NCBI GenBank assembly: GCA_965219575.1
Contig: OZ244779.1
Span: 396,769 to 460,768, forward strand
DNA: 64,000 nucleotides
Source of the DNA: Candidatus Oxydemutatoraceae bacterium
GTDB lineage: Bacteria > Pseudomonadota > Gammaproteobacteria > Poriferisulfidales > Oxydemutatoraceae
Reading direction: 5' to 3'
Position numbers and translations under genes: made by a program. Numbering within the stretch: position 1 is the first letter of the stretch; every line of letters begins with the position of its first letter. The notes beneath the pieces are model-generated. The model did no database searches. It saw nothing but the letters and a program-made list of their open reading frames with translations, and was not told where the DNA came from. This document shows positions 10,329 through 21,253 of the stretch, one piece after another.

Positions 10329-10661
10329 TCAGACGCAACCTGTGGGCTTAGGCAAGCCGGCGTATTTACACGCTTGTTTGGCGGGACCGTAAGGGAACAG
10401 CTCGTACAAATACTTGCTATTACCTTTTTCCTTGCCCAATCTCTTCCCGATTGCTTTAGTCAAGACTCGAACCGCCGGGGCAATCTGATATTCTTCGTAG
10501 TACTCGCGAAGAAAATTGATGACCTCCCAGTGATTATCCGACAACTCGGCACCGTCGGCCTGTGCCATTGCTTCGGCAAGTTCGGGCTTCCAGTCGTTCA
10601 AGTTGGCAAGATAACCTTCTTCGTCGGTCTCGTATGTTTTACCATCAATATCTAAAGGCAT
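10329..10661 (-). CDS. dsrC: DsrC sulfur carrier
   Basis: C-terminal ACKYAGLPKPTGCV with both conserved Cys. Confidence 0.97.
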   Translation of the reverse strand: MPLDIDGKTYETDEEGYLANLNDWKPELAEAMAQADGAELSDNHWEVINFLREYYEEYQIAPAVRVLTKAIGKRLGKEKGNSKYLYELFPYGPAKQACKYAGLPKPTGCV

Positions 10662-10685
10662 GTTTCTATCTCCTGTTGAATATAT

Positions 10686-10991
10686 CTATAACCATGATTG
10701 TACATTATCGTGATCTGCAACCAGATCGACAAAATCTTCATAGCCGATTAATTTTACACCTTCCAGCACCTGTTTGTCGGAAAAACCGCGTGCTTTAAGG
10801 TCGGGGTTCAGCGCATAAACCGCTAGGTTTCGTTGCATCGCTTGTGTGATCGTATCGGCAAAACGACCACCGGCGGTTGCGCAAACCACGCCGTCTTCTA
10901 TCAGCAACACCGAACCGTCGTCTTGTGCGGTATCTAAACACGACGACAGGGCGTTGCGCTCAAAGGGTGATTTGTTGACGATATGGAGCAT
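10686..10991 (-). CDS. dsrH: DsrH
   Basis: MLHIVNKSPF, LLIEDGV, DLKARG, C-terminal QSWL. Confidence 0.95.
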   Translation of the reverse strand: MLHIVNKSPFERNALSSCLDTAQDDGSVLLIEDGVVCATAGGRFADTITQAMQRNLAVYALNPDLKARGFSDKQVLEGVKLIGYEDFVDLVADHDNVQSWL

Positions 10992-11008
10992 AGACACGAC
11001 GGCATCCC

Positions 11009-11431
11009 TCAAAAACTTAAGATGACATCTTGCTCGGCCATGATCTCGGCTAACTTTTTGCGGTCCACAAAGTGCATCGCACTTTTCTCTTCCCAGTCGT
11101 CGTCTTCGTCCTCGTAGACCAAAGCCTGCAAGTCGTCGGCGGATAGTCCGCGCTCGCTTAACGATTCGGTATCCACATAAATAGTTTTGATATCGTAGTC
11201 GCCCAAAGCACTATAGGTGGGTGAGAAGTTTTTCATTTCTATATCGTCGGTGTCTTGAGATTTCATCAGCTGGTAGACGCCGTCGTCCATAAACACCAAA
11301 CTGACTTGCTGGTCGAAGGCTGCGGCAATCAAGACAACCTCCAGAGATTCCAAAGCATAAATCGTGCCGTAGGGTGCTTTGCGGTTGACATACATAAACT
11401 TCTTAACGGTACCTTCGGGGGCATCACTCAT
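11009..11431 (-). CDS. dsrF: DsrF
   Basis: RKAPYGTIYALESLE, FMDDGVYQL. Confidence 0.95.
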   Translation of the reverse strand: MSDAPEGTVKKFMYVNRKAPYGTIYALESLEVVLIAAAFDQQVSLVFMDDGVYQLMKSQDTDDIEMKNFSPTYSALGDYDIKTIYVDTESLSERGLSADDLQALVYEDEDDDWEEKSAMHFVDRKKLAEIMAEQDVILSF

Positions 11432-11441
11432 GGTTTGTTCC

Positions 11442-11834
11442 TCAATCTCCGAAAGTAATCAGGCGATCCGACTGTATGCCCGCCTCTATCAACTGACCCA
11501 AGCCCGAGATGCGAAAGCCCGGGGCGATATTATCGGTATCCTTGCCACCACGCTTTGCCTCGCCCTCGTCCAGCACACCACGCCGTTGCGCTGCTGCCAC
11601 GCAGACCACTAAATCGAGCTGGTATTTGTCGGCTAACTCCGACCATCGTTGCGATATGTTGCGGTCGTCCTGCGGCGGCACCGATAGGCGGGTGCCGTTA
11701 TAAACCCCGTCGTGATAAAAGAACACTCGGTAAATCTCGTGTCCCTTATCCAGCGCGGCTCTAGTGAACTGGTATGCGGTATCCGACGCTTGGTGCGTAT
11801 AGGGACCTTCGTTTATTAGTACGGAAAACTTCAT
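11442..11834 (-). CDS. dsrE: DsrE
   Basis: FFYHDGV, CVAAAQRRG, SGLGQL. Confidence 0.95.
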   Translation of the reverse strand: MKFSVLINEGPYTHQASDTAYQFTRAALDKGHEIYRVFFYHDGVYNGTRLSVPPQDDRNISQRWSELADKYQLDLVVCVAAAQRRGVLDEGEAKRGGKDTDNIAPGFRISGLGQLIEAGIQSDRLITFGD

Positions 11835-11855
11835 GCCAGTGCCTCAACATTGCGA

Positions 11856-12122
11856 GGGAATGTTGAAAAAGTACTGTTTTCGCTCAACTGCAACCGCTTG
11901 CGCCATGAATATTTACAAACCACCCGTAGGGGTGGGCGGACATGTTAGTCCGCCCCTACTATGTCTGCCCGTACCGTTCGGAATAACCGAAACCGCTTGC
12001 GCCATTTGGTTTTGGTTTCCATAAACTGGATGAATAAATGTGTAAATCGTGCAGGCGCAACGCGTTACGGGCGGACATGCAAGTCCGCCCCTACGGTGCA
12101 TCAAATACTTTTTCAACGGCAC
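11856..12122. mobile_element. Mosaic MITE/REP element, copy 4 (between dsrB and dsrE)
   Basis: Ends GGGAATGTTGAAAAAGTA / TACTTTTTCAACGGCAC, flanked on both sides by TGCGA. Confidence 0.85.
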
Positions 12123-12129
12123 TGCGAGA

Positions 12130-13203
12130 CTAAAAGCGGATATGCGTTGAAGCATTGAGACTCCGGCGGGCACCTAACCAGTTGTCGATATGAAACTTCG
12201 TGAACGGCAGTTCGGTCAGCTCAAAGAAGCGCGGCCAACCGATGCGCTCCACCCAGTCGCTAATTCTTTCCCAGTCCTTGGCATCTTCTTTGTAGGTTTT
12301 CAAAATCTTTTTCACCACCGCAGTCGCCTCGGGCCAGCGCGGCGGGTTGTTCGGTATTCCTGCTGCAACCAATTTTTGGAAAGACGGCTTGCCGCGGGCG
12401 TTGGAATGATTGCCGCCGACCCATATCGCAAGTTTGGTATGCTCGGGGTCGTTGATCTGCATCGGCGGGCAAGGCGGATAACAAGCACCGCAACAGATAC
12501 ACTTCTTCTCGTCGACTTCGAGCGAAGGTTTGCCGTTGACCATCGCCGGGCGTATTGCAGCAACTGGACAACGTGCCACCACCGAAGGTCGTTCGCAGAC
12601 ATTGGAAACCAAGTCGTGGTTGATTTTAGGGGGTTTGGTGTGCTGGACATTGATTGCGATGTCGCCTTGTCCTCCGCAATTAATTTGGCAACACGAAGTG
12701 GTGATGTGTACGCGGTTCGGCATGTTCCAATTCTTAAACTCTTCTATCAGTTCGTCCATCATCGCCTTGACCACACCGGAGGCATCGGTGCCGGGAATGT
12801 CGCAGTGCAACCAGCCTTGGGTATGCGAAATCATTGCCACCGAGTTCTTGGTTCCGCCGACGACAAAGCCGGCATTTTCAAGGGCATCGATGAGCGGCAC
12901 GACTCGCTTCTCGTCGTCGAGCATATACTCTATGTTGCTACGGATCGTAAAACGGACATAGCCGTCGGCATATTTGTCGCCGATATCGCATAGCTTGCGT
13001 AGCGTGAACACATCCAAAATGCGCTGGGTGCCGGCGCGCACCGTCCAGATCGCTTCGCCTTCGTGCGATACATGTTTTAGCACACCGGGACGCGGGTCGT
13101 CGTGGTATGCCCAGTTGCCGTAATTCTTGCGCATCACCGGATGCATATATTGAAACCCGTCGGGACAACCCGACTCAATCGGAGAACGATGCTGTTGTGC
13201 CAT
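12130..13203 (-). CDS. dsrB: Reverse dissimilatory sulfite reductase beta subunit
   Basis: HTQGWLHCD, SCCQINCG, CICCGACYPPCP, NNPPRWPE. Confidence 0.97.
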   Translation of the reverse strand: MAQQHRSPIESGCPDGFQYMHPVMRKNYGNWAYHDDPRPGVLKHVSHEGEAIWTVRAGTQRILDVFTLRKLCDIGDKYADGYVRFTIRSNIEYMLDDEKRVVPLIDALENAGFVVGGTKNSVAMISHTQGWLHCDIPGTDASGVVKAMMDELIEEFKNWNMPNRVHITTSCCQINCGGQGDIAINVQHTKPPKINHDLVSNVCERPSVVARCPVAAIRPAMVNGKPSLEVDEKKCICCGACYPPCPPMQINDPEHTKLAIWVGGNHSNARGKPSFQKLVAAGIPNNPPRWPEATAVVKKILKTYKEDAKDWERISDWVERIGWPRFFELTELPFTKFHIDNWLGARRSLNASTHIRF

Positions 13204-13231
13204 TCTTATTCCTCTATGTTGTGTGTTGATC

Positions 13232-14512
13232 TTAGGCAGTTTCTGCCTGCTTTTCTTCGGACTTTTTCTCGGCTCTGTTCTCGAACCACTTCTTGGCTTC
13301 CTGCTCCCATTCGTCCATGCGAATGTAGGAACTCGTGCGGGGGTCGCTCACCATGTTGGGGTCAACCTCCACGCCGATGCCGTCCAAGAAATTGATCAAG
13401 CCGATACGCTCTATCATCTCGCCGCAGCGCTCGTGTTCGAGACCGTTCTCGGCCCAGAAGTCTATCGTTTCCTCGGCAATCTCAACCAAGCGTTCGTAAT
13501 CCTCTTCGCTTTCCAGCTTCATAAAAGGCACGATGACGGTGCCCATCAAGTCGCCGATTTTCAGCGTGCGCTTGCCGCCGATTAAAATGGAGATGCCGGT
13601 GTCGTCGCCCGGAGATAGAGCTTTGGGCATCACATTCAAGCAATGCATACAGCGGACGCAGTTGCGGTTGTCCACATCCAGCGTGTCGTCGTCTTTCAGC
13701 GACAGTGCTTGGGTCGGACAGCGTGAAATCACATTGTCAACGATATATTGGCGCCCTTTCTTGGCGACATATTCCTTGACTTCGTTTTGATCTACTTTCA
13801 TGTCGTCGCGCCAGGTGCCTATGATGGCAAAATCGGCACGCTCTATGGAATTCATGCAGTCGTTCGGACAACCCGAAACCTTAAACTTGAACTTGTAAGG
13901 TAGCGACGGACGATGCACATCGTCGGTGAAGTTGTTGAGCAAGGTGCGGTGTATACGCATCTCGTCTATGTTGGATTGCTCGCAACGGGCAGCACCTACG
14001 CATGATTGTCCGGTGCGCACGCAGGGACCGGCACCGCCTAGGTCCCAACCGTATTCGTTGATATCGTCAAAAAAGTGTTGTGTGTTTTCGGTGCTGGCAC
14101 CTATAAACATAATGTTGCCGGTCTGACCGTGAAAAGTGACCAAGCCGGAACCCCACTTCTCCCAGCTATCTGCGAGCTTGCGAAGCATGTCGGTCGTATA
14201 GTAATTACCCGACGGCGGCTGCACTCTTAAGGTATGAAATTCTTTGGAAGCAGGGAACGCTGCACCGACTTCCGAAAAGCGCGGGATAATACCGCTACCA
14301 TAACCGAAGACACTCACCGTGCCGCCTTTCCAATAACCCTTGCGGGTCTCGTACGAATGTTCCAGCTGACCCAGTAAGTCGTTTGCTACACCGCTTACGC
14401 GGTCATCTTCGTGTTGATCTCTAAGCCGTTTGATGCCGGAAACAAAACTAGGCCAAGGCCCTTTTTCCAGTTCGTCCAACATCGGTGTGTCATGTGGTTG
14501 TTTTGTTGACAT
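13232..14512 (-). CDS. dsrA: Reverse dissimilatory sulfite reductase alpha subunit
   Basis: GPWPSF, WKGG, CVGAARCE, KFKFKVSGCPNDC, CVRCMHCLN; dsrEFH context indicates the oxidative type. Confidence 0.97.
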   Translation of the reverse strand: MSTKQPHDTPMLDELEKGPWPSFVSGIKRLRDQHEDDRVSGVANDLLGQLEHSYETRKGYWKGGTVSVFGYGSGIIPRFSEVGAAFPASKEFHTLRVQPPSGNYYTTDMLRKLADSWEKWGSGLVTFHGQTGNIMFIGASTENTQHFFDDINEYGWDLGGAGPCVRTGQSCVGAARCEQSNIDEMRIHRTLLNNFTDDVHRPSLPYKFKFKVSGCPNDCMNSIERADFAIIGTWRDDMKVDQNEVKEYVAKKGRQYIVDNVISRCPTQALSLKDDDTLDVDNRNCVRCMHCLNVMPKALSPGDDTGISILIGGKRTLKIGDLMGTVIVPFMKLESEEDYERLVEIAEETIDFWAENGLEHERCGEMIERIGLINFLDGIGVEVDPNMVSDPRTSSYIRMDEWEQEAKKWFENRAEKKSEEKQAETA

Positions 14513-14669
14513 ATTCTTTTACCTCCACTATTTTCTGAAAATTACAATCTTTTATTACCTGAAGCGTTCTACGGTTCTATATGTCTTTTTTAACCAATAA
14601 AAGCTTTATTAGGACATGCTAATATAGCATAGCTTTGCTTTATGTCAAAATTGGAGGGAGGCGCATAGA

Positions 14670-14700
14670 GCCGCCGATTGAGCCAGTAGGTCAATCGGCG
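14670..14700. repeat. Solo hairpin module upstream of dsrA
   Basis: GCCGCCGATTGAGCCAGTAGGTCAATCGGCG. Confidence 0.75.
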
Positions 14701-14746
14701 TAACATTGTACAGAAACTTAGTAGATAATTACAAAGTGTAAAGCCT

Positions 14747-14955
14747 GGGGCTGTTGAAAAAGTGCGGCATCGTACGAATCCAATCACTTGCGCCATTTGG
14801 TTTTGGTTTCCATAAATTGGATGGATGAATGTATAAATCGTGTAGGCACAACGCGTTACGGGCGGACATGCTAGTCCGCCCCTACGGGTGGTTTGCAAAT
14901 ATTCACGGCGCAAGCGGTTACGGTTGCACGCTGACGATACTTTTTCAACAATCCC
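14747..14955. mobile_element. Mosaic MITE/REP element, copy 5, with 5-bp target duplication
   Basis: AGCCT|GGGGCTGTTGAAAAAGT ... ACTTTTTCAACAATCCC|AGCCT. Confidence 0.9.
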
Positions 14956-14973
14956 AGCCTTTCCATGGGGTGG

Positions 14974-15258
14974 TTAGCTACGCTTACTCTTAAAACGATC
15001 AATGAGATCCAAAATTTCATTTAGAAGTTTGACCACAATCCACCCCGCTGCCCCGTATGTAATAATCGTACCCAAAATAGAATCAATCAAACTGCCTGTG
15101 GCAGAGGCTAATTCCGATAAAAATATACCAAATAATCCTACAATTAGGACTGCTAAAAATTCAGAAAAACTAGCAATATTCTTATTTATCATTCTTTTCT
15201 GTGCGTCGACAGAAAAAAGCTGATTTTCTACTCCTATAGGTTCTTTCATTTCTTTCAT
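14974..15258 (-). CDS. Small hypothetical membrane protein (2 TM)
   Basis: 94-aa AT-rich ORF with two hydrophobic segments. Confidence 0.45.
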   Translation of the reverse strand: MKEMKEPIGVENQLFSVDAQKRMINKNIASFSEFLAVLIVGLFGIFLSELASATGSLIDSILGTIITYGAAGWIVVKLLNEILDLIDRFKSKRS

Positions 15259-15472
15259 CTATCGCTATTTCTCTATATTGAGAGTGGCAATAGCATCTCC
15301 ATATACTCTCCCGATTAGTTAATTAGCCCTTCTCGGACATTACTAAGTTACCACCTGAAACTATAGCATAGGTCGCAGTAGCATAGATTCCTCAAACGAT
15401 ACGACACCAAATACTTTTAGCGGTGCAGAGGCTCAATCGGATAAAATAGGTCGCACTGAGTAAATCAAGCAA

Positions 15473-16291
15473 ATGCAACAACGGTTAGAACTTAAACTGC
15501 AACGAGGCGCGATCGGTGTCGAGCAATTAATGGTTGAAATCCATAATCCGAATGCTCTGAGGAATTCGGAACATCGCCGGATTTTGGATAACTGTGAATT
15601 GTATAACCTCAGTTTTTATCGTAGTGTACAGCCTATATCGGACAGTGCCACCTTCAAGGCACTGGCGACGCAACTGGGTCTGCAGAGTCTATGCGATAAT
15701 CCAATGGCGGATACGCATAAAATCAGTCATATAACGGCTAGCCCGAACAGCCGCTATATCCCTTACACCGACCGTGCGCTTTCATGGCATACCGACGGTT
15801 ATTACAATGCCGACGCCGATATCATCAGGGCATTTATGATGCACTGCGTTCAACCGGCACTTGAAGGCGGGGTGAACGAATATTTGGATCACGAAGTGGT
15901 TTATATTCTGCTCTATCGGGAGAACGCAAATTATGTAGAAGCACTAAGACACCCGCACGCATTCACGATACCCGCCAACGAGGGTGAACGCGATGCACGA
16001 AGTTCGCCGGTATTCAGGGATGACCCGATAACAAACAAACTGCTCATGCACTACACCGAACGCTTGCAACACATAAAGTGGCATCCGTCGTGTGAAGAAG
16101 CTCTGGACTGTTTACGCAAACTACTACGCACAAGTCGGTATAAGATTTCTTATAAACTGGCTGCCAACGAAGGTGTGATTTGCAACAACATATTACACAA
16201 TCGCAATGCTTTTGATGACTCCGACGAACTCGCTAAACGATTACTCTATAGAGCCCGTGCTCGCGACCGGGTGGGTGGTTCTGAAACTTAA
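15473..16291 (+). CDS. TauD/TfdA-family dioxygenase-like protein
   Basis: SWHTDGYY (HxD) and NNILHNR motifs; this type is often adjacent to dsrAB in sulfur oxidisers. Confidence 0.8.
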   Translation: MQQRLELKLQRGAIGVEQLMVEIHNPNALRNSEHRRILDNCELYNLSFYRSVQPISDSATFKALATQLGLQSLCDNPMADTHKISHITASPNSRYIPYTDRALSWHTDGYYNADADIIRAFMMHCVQPALEGGVNEYLDHEVVYILLYRENANYVEALRHPHAFTIPANEGERDARSSPVFRDDPITNKLLMHYTERLQHIKWHPSCEEALDCLRKLLRTSRYKISYKLAANEGVICNNILHNRNAFDDSDELAKRLLYRARARDRVGGSET

Positions 16292-16302
16292 GTGTTAGTG
16301 AT

Positions 16303-16368
16303 GCCGATTGACCCACCGGCTCAATCGGCGATTCTATTTCGCCTGCCGCCCCTACAAGGAGGGGAATT
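16303..16368. repeat. Remnant of mosaic element (hairpin plus REP end) upstream of gltD
   Basis: GCCGATTGACCCACCGGCTCAATCGGC...CCGCCCCTACAAGGAGGGGAATT. Confidence 0.7.
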
Positions 16369-16397
16369 ATGGTTTATAATTAAGCAAAACCCTTTAG

Positions 16398-17828
<1,431 letters not shown>

Positions 17829-18890
17829 ATGACTAAAGCGCATTCCAACACCCGCCTCTTGGATGCCATTGCACATCGCGCCGTAGATAGAACCCCGGTG
17901 TGGATTATGCGCCAAGCAGGCCGCTATCTACCGGAGTATCGTCGGGTGCGTGAAAAGGCGGGACATTTTCTGAATCTCTGCAAAACACCCGAACTTGCCT
18001 GCGAAGTCACATTGCAACCCGTTGAACGTTACCCTTTAGATGCGGCGATTATATTCTCGGATATCTTAACCATCCCGGATGCGATGGGGTTGGGACTTGA
18101 TTTTGAAGAGAACCGCGGCCCCTTTTTTAAGCATCCCATACGCAACGAGAAGCAAGCCGATGAGTTACGCATACCCGACGACGAAGACCTAGGTTATGTG
18201 ATGGAAGCCGTATCTATGGTGTGTAGGGAACTGGATGGGCGCATCCCGTTGATCGGCTTTACCGGTAGCCCGTGGACACTGGCAACTTATATGATAGAAG
18301 GCAGAGGCTCGCATAACTTTTCTTTGGTAAAGAAGATGATGCTCGATCATGCCGATTCGTTTAAGCGTATGCTGGATTTGCTTGCAACCGCGGGGGGTTC
18401 GTACCTTGCCGCACAGGCAAAGGCAGGTTGCCGATGCGTGATGGTCTTTGATTCTTGGGGTGGTGTGTTGGCGCACCAACACTATTTGGAATATTCTCTC
18501 GCACCTATGCAGCAGCTGATAACCGCATTTAAGAACCAAGGTTGCTCGGATGTGCCGATTATCTTGTTTACTAAAGGCGGTGGTCTGTGGCTGGAAAAGA
18601 TGGCAGAAACCGGATGCAATGTGATCGGCTTGGATTGGATGGTCGATATCGGTGAAGCGAGGCGCAGAGTGGGGAAACAAGTCGCATTACAAGGTAATCT
18701 AGACCCCTCGATCCTGCTTGCATCCGAACATGCGGTGCGCAGCGAAGTGCTTAAAGTGCTCGATGCCTTCGGGGAAGGCTCGGGACATATCTTTAACTTG
18801 GGACACGGAATTTATCCGGCAACCAATCCCGACAATCTACAAGTGTTAATAGAAACGGTTCACGAGTATTTCGCCGCGCACATATCCTAA
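17829..18890 (+). CDS. hemE: Uroporphyrinogen decarboxylase
   Basis: PVWIMRQAGRYLPEY, FSDIL, HIFNLGHGI. Confidence 0.97.
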   Translation: MTKAHSNTRLLDAIAHRAVDRTPVWIMRQAGRYLPEYRRVREKAGHFLNLCKTPELACEVTLQPVERYPLDAAIIFSDILTIPDAMGLGLDFEENRGPFFKHPIRNEKQADELRIPDDEDLGYVMEAVSMVCRELDGRIPLIGFTGSPWTLATYMIEGRGSHNFSLVKKMMLDHADSFKRMLDLLATAGGSYLAAQAKAGCRCVMVFDSWGGVLAHQHYLEYSLAPMQQLITAFKNQGCSDVPIILFTKGGGLWLEKMAETGCNVIGLDWMVDIGEARRRVGKQVALQGNLDPSILLASEHAVRSEVLKVLDAFGEGSGHIFNLGHGIYPATNPDNLQVLIETVHEYFAAHIS

Positions 18891-18940
18891 CAGTAAAAAC
18901 TTCATGGGTTATTTAATAACCCGATTAGTAGAAATACAAA

Positions 18941-20101
18941 ATGCAAACAATAACGGCACAAGAGTTGAAAAATGCAAGGAGTGTAGGAACAAGTGCACAA
19001 ATCGTAGATGTTAGAACACTCCGTGAATATATTAATTTCAGAATATCCGGGACGGCATTTCTACCGTTAAGACATGTTCATCAGCTAAAGGTGCCCTTAC
19101 ATAAAAATCTGGATGTTTACGCAATATCCGAAAAAGGTCATCGCGCAAAAGAGTTTTGTCAAACATTGGATGCTTTGGGCTATAGTACATTTTATTTAGA
19201 AGGTGGGCTAGAAGCGTGGGGTCGACAAAACTATCCTGTGCAATACTTCTCGAGGACGCGGTCTTTGAAACATCTAATGAACGCAGGATGGCGGCTTTTA
19301 AGAGCTCGGGAATCAAAAAATTCACAATCTCCGGGTGAAATTCAAAATGTGGATTTAAGAATGCCGCCAAAATCCGAGTTGGCATACTATTTCTATCACA
19401 TAATCCTTATTGCTCTGTTTTTCGAGCACTTAGGCATTAATATTAAATTTATATTCGCACCCCGACACAATTACTTTGAAAATTCGATACTTTCAACTTC
19501 GGGAGAGTACCAAGCTCAAAATTCCGTAACTTTTCCTTCCTCCGGATTATACAATCGTGTAATGCTACATCTTTTATTTCGTAAAGAAGACTTCCTCTGG
19601 AGATATGGACATAAGGTAATCTCACAATTATTGATCAGCCGAAGTTTACAAAAACAAGCAGAAAAATGGAGCCGCGAACACCTTGCAGGTAATTGGGTCG
19701 GAGTTCATTATCGGGGAACCGATCAATTGCAAAAAGAAAAATATCGTGCGCGAATTGAAACAGATTCTTATATTGCTTACTTAAAAACAGTTGTAGACGA
19801 AGACTGCAATATTTTTGCGTGTTCGGATCAAGCACAGTTTATAGAGCAACTACATCTCGCATTCCCGGATAGGGTTTTCTGCAGAGACATAACCCGTTCT
19901 TATGATGCACGAAACTTACACACGACTCCTAAATATTCAAGTTTTCAACAACGAAAAGATGCGATGATAGATCTTTTGATTTTGTCGAAAGCTAAGCTGA
20001 TATACAAAACAGGAGGAAACTTCCCATTCATTACTAAGTTCCTAAATCCTAAAATAAAAATTTTTGCGTTACATGAAGGTGGTGTTGTAAAGAACTACTG
20101 A
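18941..20101 (+). CDS. Rhodanese-like domain fused to a NodZ/fucosyltransferase-like GT-B domain
   Basis: N-terminal IVDVR and YLEGGLEAW; C-terminal WVGVHYRGTD, FACSDQ, DAMIDLLILS. Confidence 0.65.
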   Translation: MQTITAQELKNARSVGTSAQIVDVRTLREYINFRISGTAFLPLRHVHQLKVPLHKNLDVYAISEKGHRAKEFCQTLDALGYSTFYLEGGLEAWGRQNYPVQYFSRTRSLKHLMNAGWRLLRARESKNSQSPGEIQNVDLRMPPKSELAYYFYHIILIALFFEHLGINIKFIFAPRHNYFENSILSTSGEYQAQNSVTFPSSGLYNRVMLHLLFRKEDFLWRYGHKVISQLLISRSLQKQAEKWSREHLAGNWVGVHYRGTDQLQKEKYRARIETDSYIAYLKTVVDEDCNIFACSDQAQFIEQLHLAFPDRVFCRDITRSYDARNLHTTPKYSSFQQRKDAMIDLLILSKAKLIYKTGGNFPFITKFLNPKIKIFALHEGGVVKNY

Positions 20102-20208
20102 AAAAAAATCATCTTTGACGATATTCTCGGATGATTGAGCAAATTACACTAACGCCGAAGCGGTTAACGAACAGGCGATTCTACTAAGCGACTGTATAGC
20201 AGATAGTG

Positions 20209-21195
20209 CTATTCCACCGGCCACAGCGGTTCATTTTCAATATACCACTGTGCCATCTTTTGGATGCCCGTTTTCAAATTGGTTTTAGGCTCATAGCCCA
20301 ACGCTTGTATGCGTGCAATATCCGGACAGCGGCGGTCGGTTTCCCCGGAGGGTGAATCGGACGGTATTATGTTGCCCTCCCTACCGAATACTTCCAGCAC
20401 GATAGAGACTACCTCTTTGATTTGCACTTCATCCATCGTGCCGATATGAAAAAAGGAACATTTTTCGGCTTGGGTAAAAGCCGCATAGCATCCTTCGGTG
20501 AAATCATCTACATATACAAAAGCTCGGGTTTGTGCGCCCGATCCACGAATCGGGAAATCGATGGTTTGCCCTTTAGGGGTCTCTCTATCCAACCGAGCGG
20601 CACGCATAATCATCTGCGGTAGAACATGCTCAAAACCCATGTCGGCTCCGTAGACATTGTGGGGGCGTACAATCGCTAATTGCCGGAACGCCTTGCGTCC
20701 ATAATTCACCGCCAGCAATTCGGTTGCGATTTTACCGCCACCGTAGCTATAGCGAGGGTTCAGAACATCGGGGATAATCAGTGCTGCCGTCTCGTCGGTG
20801 GGCACTTTCTTGGCTCGCTGATAAACTTCGGATGAACTCAAAATCCAATAGCGATCTATTTTATGTGCAATACAAGCCTCTATGGTGTTCAAAGCACCTT
20901 TGATGCCGACCTCTAAAATCTGTTCCGGCATGCTATAAAAAAACTCGGTACCGTTGATATAAGCCAAGTGCGCAACTACATCCATCCCTCTGCATGCTTT
21001 TTCAACAACGGCATAATCGCGCACATCGCCGACGATAAAATCAATATCGTCGATCACATCGGCAAGACGCCTCGCATGTCCTCTGGAATTATTATCTAAA
21101 ACGCTTACTTGCCAGCCTTCTCGCAACAGTTTTTTAACCAAAGCACTGCCTAAAAAGCCGCTGCCGCCGGTTACTAAAATTCGCTCGCTCGTCAT
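20209..21195 (-). CDS. NAD-dependent nucleotide-sugar epimerase/dehydratase
   Basis: TGGSGFLG, SSSEVY, YGGGK, RPHNVYG. Confidence 0.9.
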   Translation of the reverse strand: MTSERILVTGGSGFLGSALVKKLLREGWQVSVLDNNSRGHARRLADVIDDIDFIVGDVRDYAVVEKACRGMDVVAHLAYINGTEFFYSMPEQILEVGIKGALNTIEACIAHKIDRYWILSSSEVYQRAKKVPTDETAALIIPDVLNPRYSYGGGKIATELLAVNYGRKAFRQLAIVRPHNVYGADMGFEHVLPQMIMRAARLDRETPKGQTIDFPIRGSGAQTRAFVYVDDFTEGCYAAFTQAEKCSFFHIGTMDEVQIKEVVSIVLEVFGREGNIIPSDSPSGETDRRCPDIARIQALGYEPKTNLKTGIQKMAQWYIENEPLWPVE

Positions 21196-21253
21196 TAATT
21201 CAACTCTATGGATTTTGTACCAACTAATGCAATAAGTGTATAAAACTTTAATA

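Noticed and set aside
11913-12173. Short ORFs with HPIYGNQN / RRGGLACPP / TFSTAP peptides (also near 2374, 7651, 9325, 14590, 29883, 38159, 40115, 43319, 45809, 56900)
   Set aside because: They are translations of the mosaic repeat modules in varying frames, with no consistent start or RBS.
12190-12993. 267-aa plus-strand ORF and other long antisense ORFs over core genes
   Set aside because: They are antisense to well-conserved genes such as dsrB and have no recognisable motifs.
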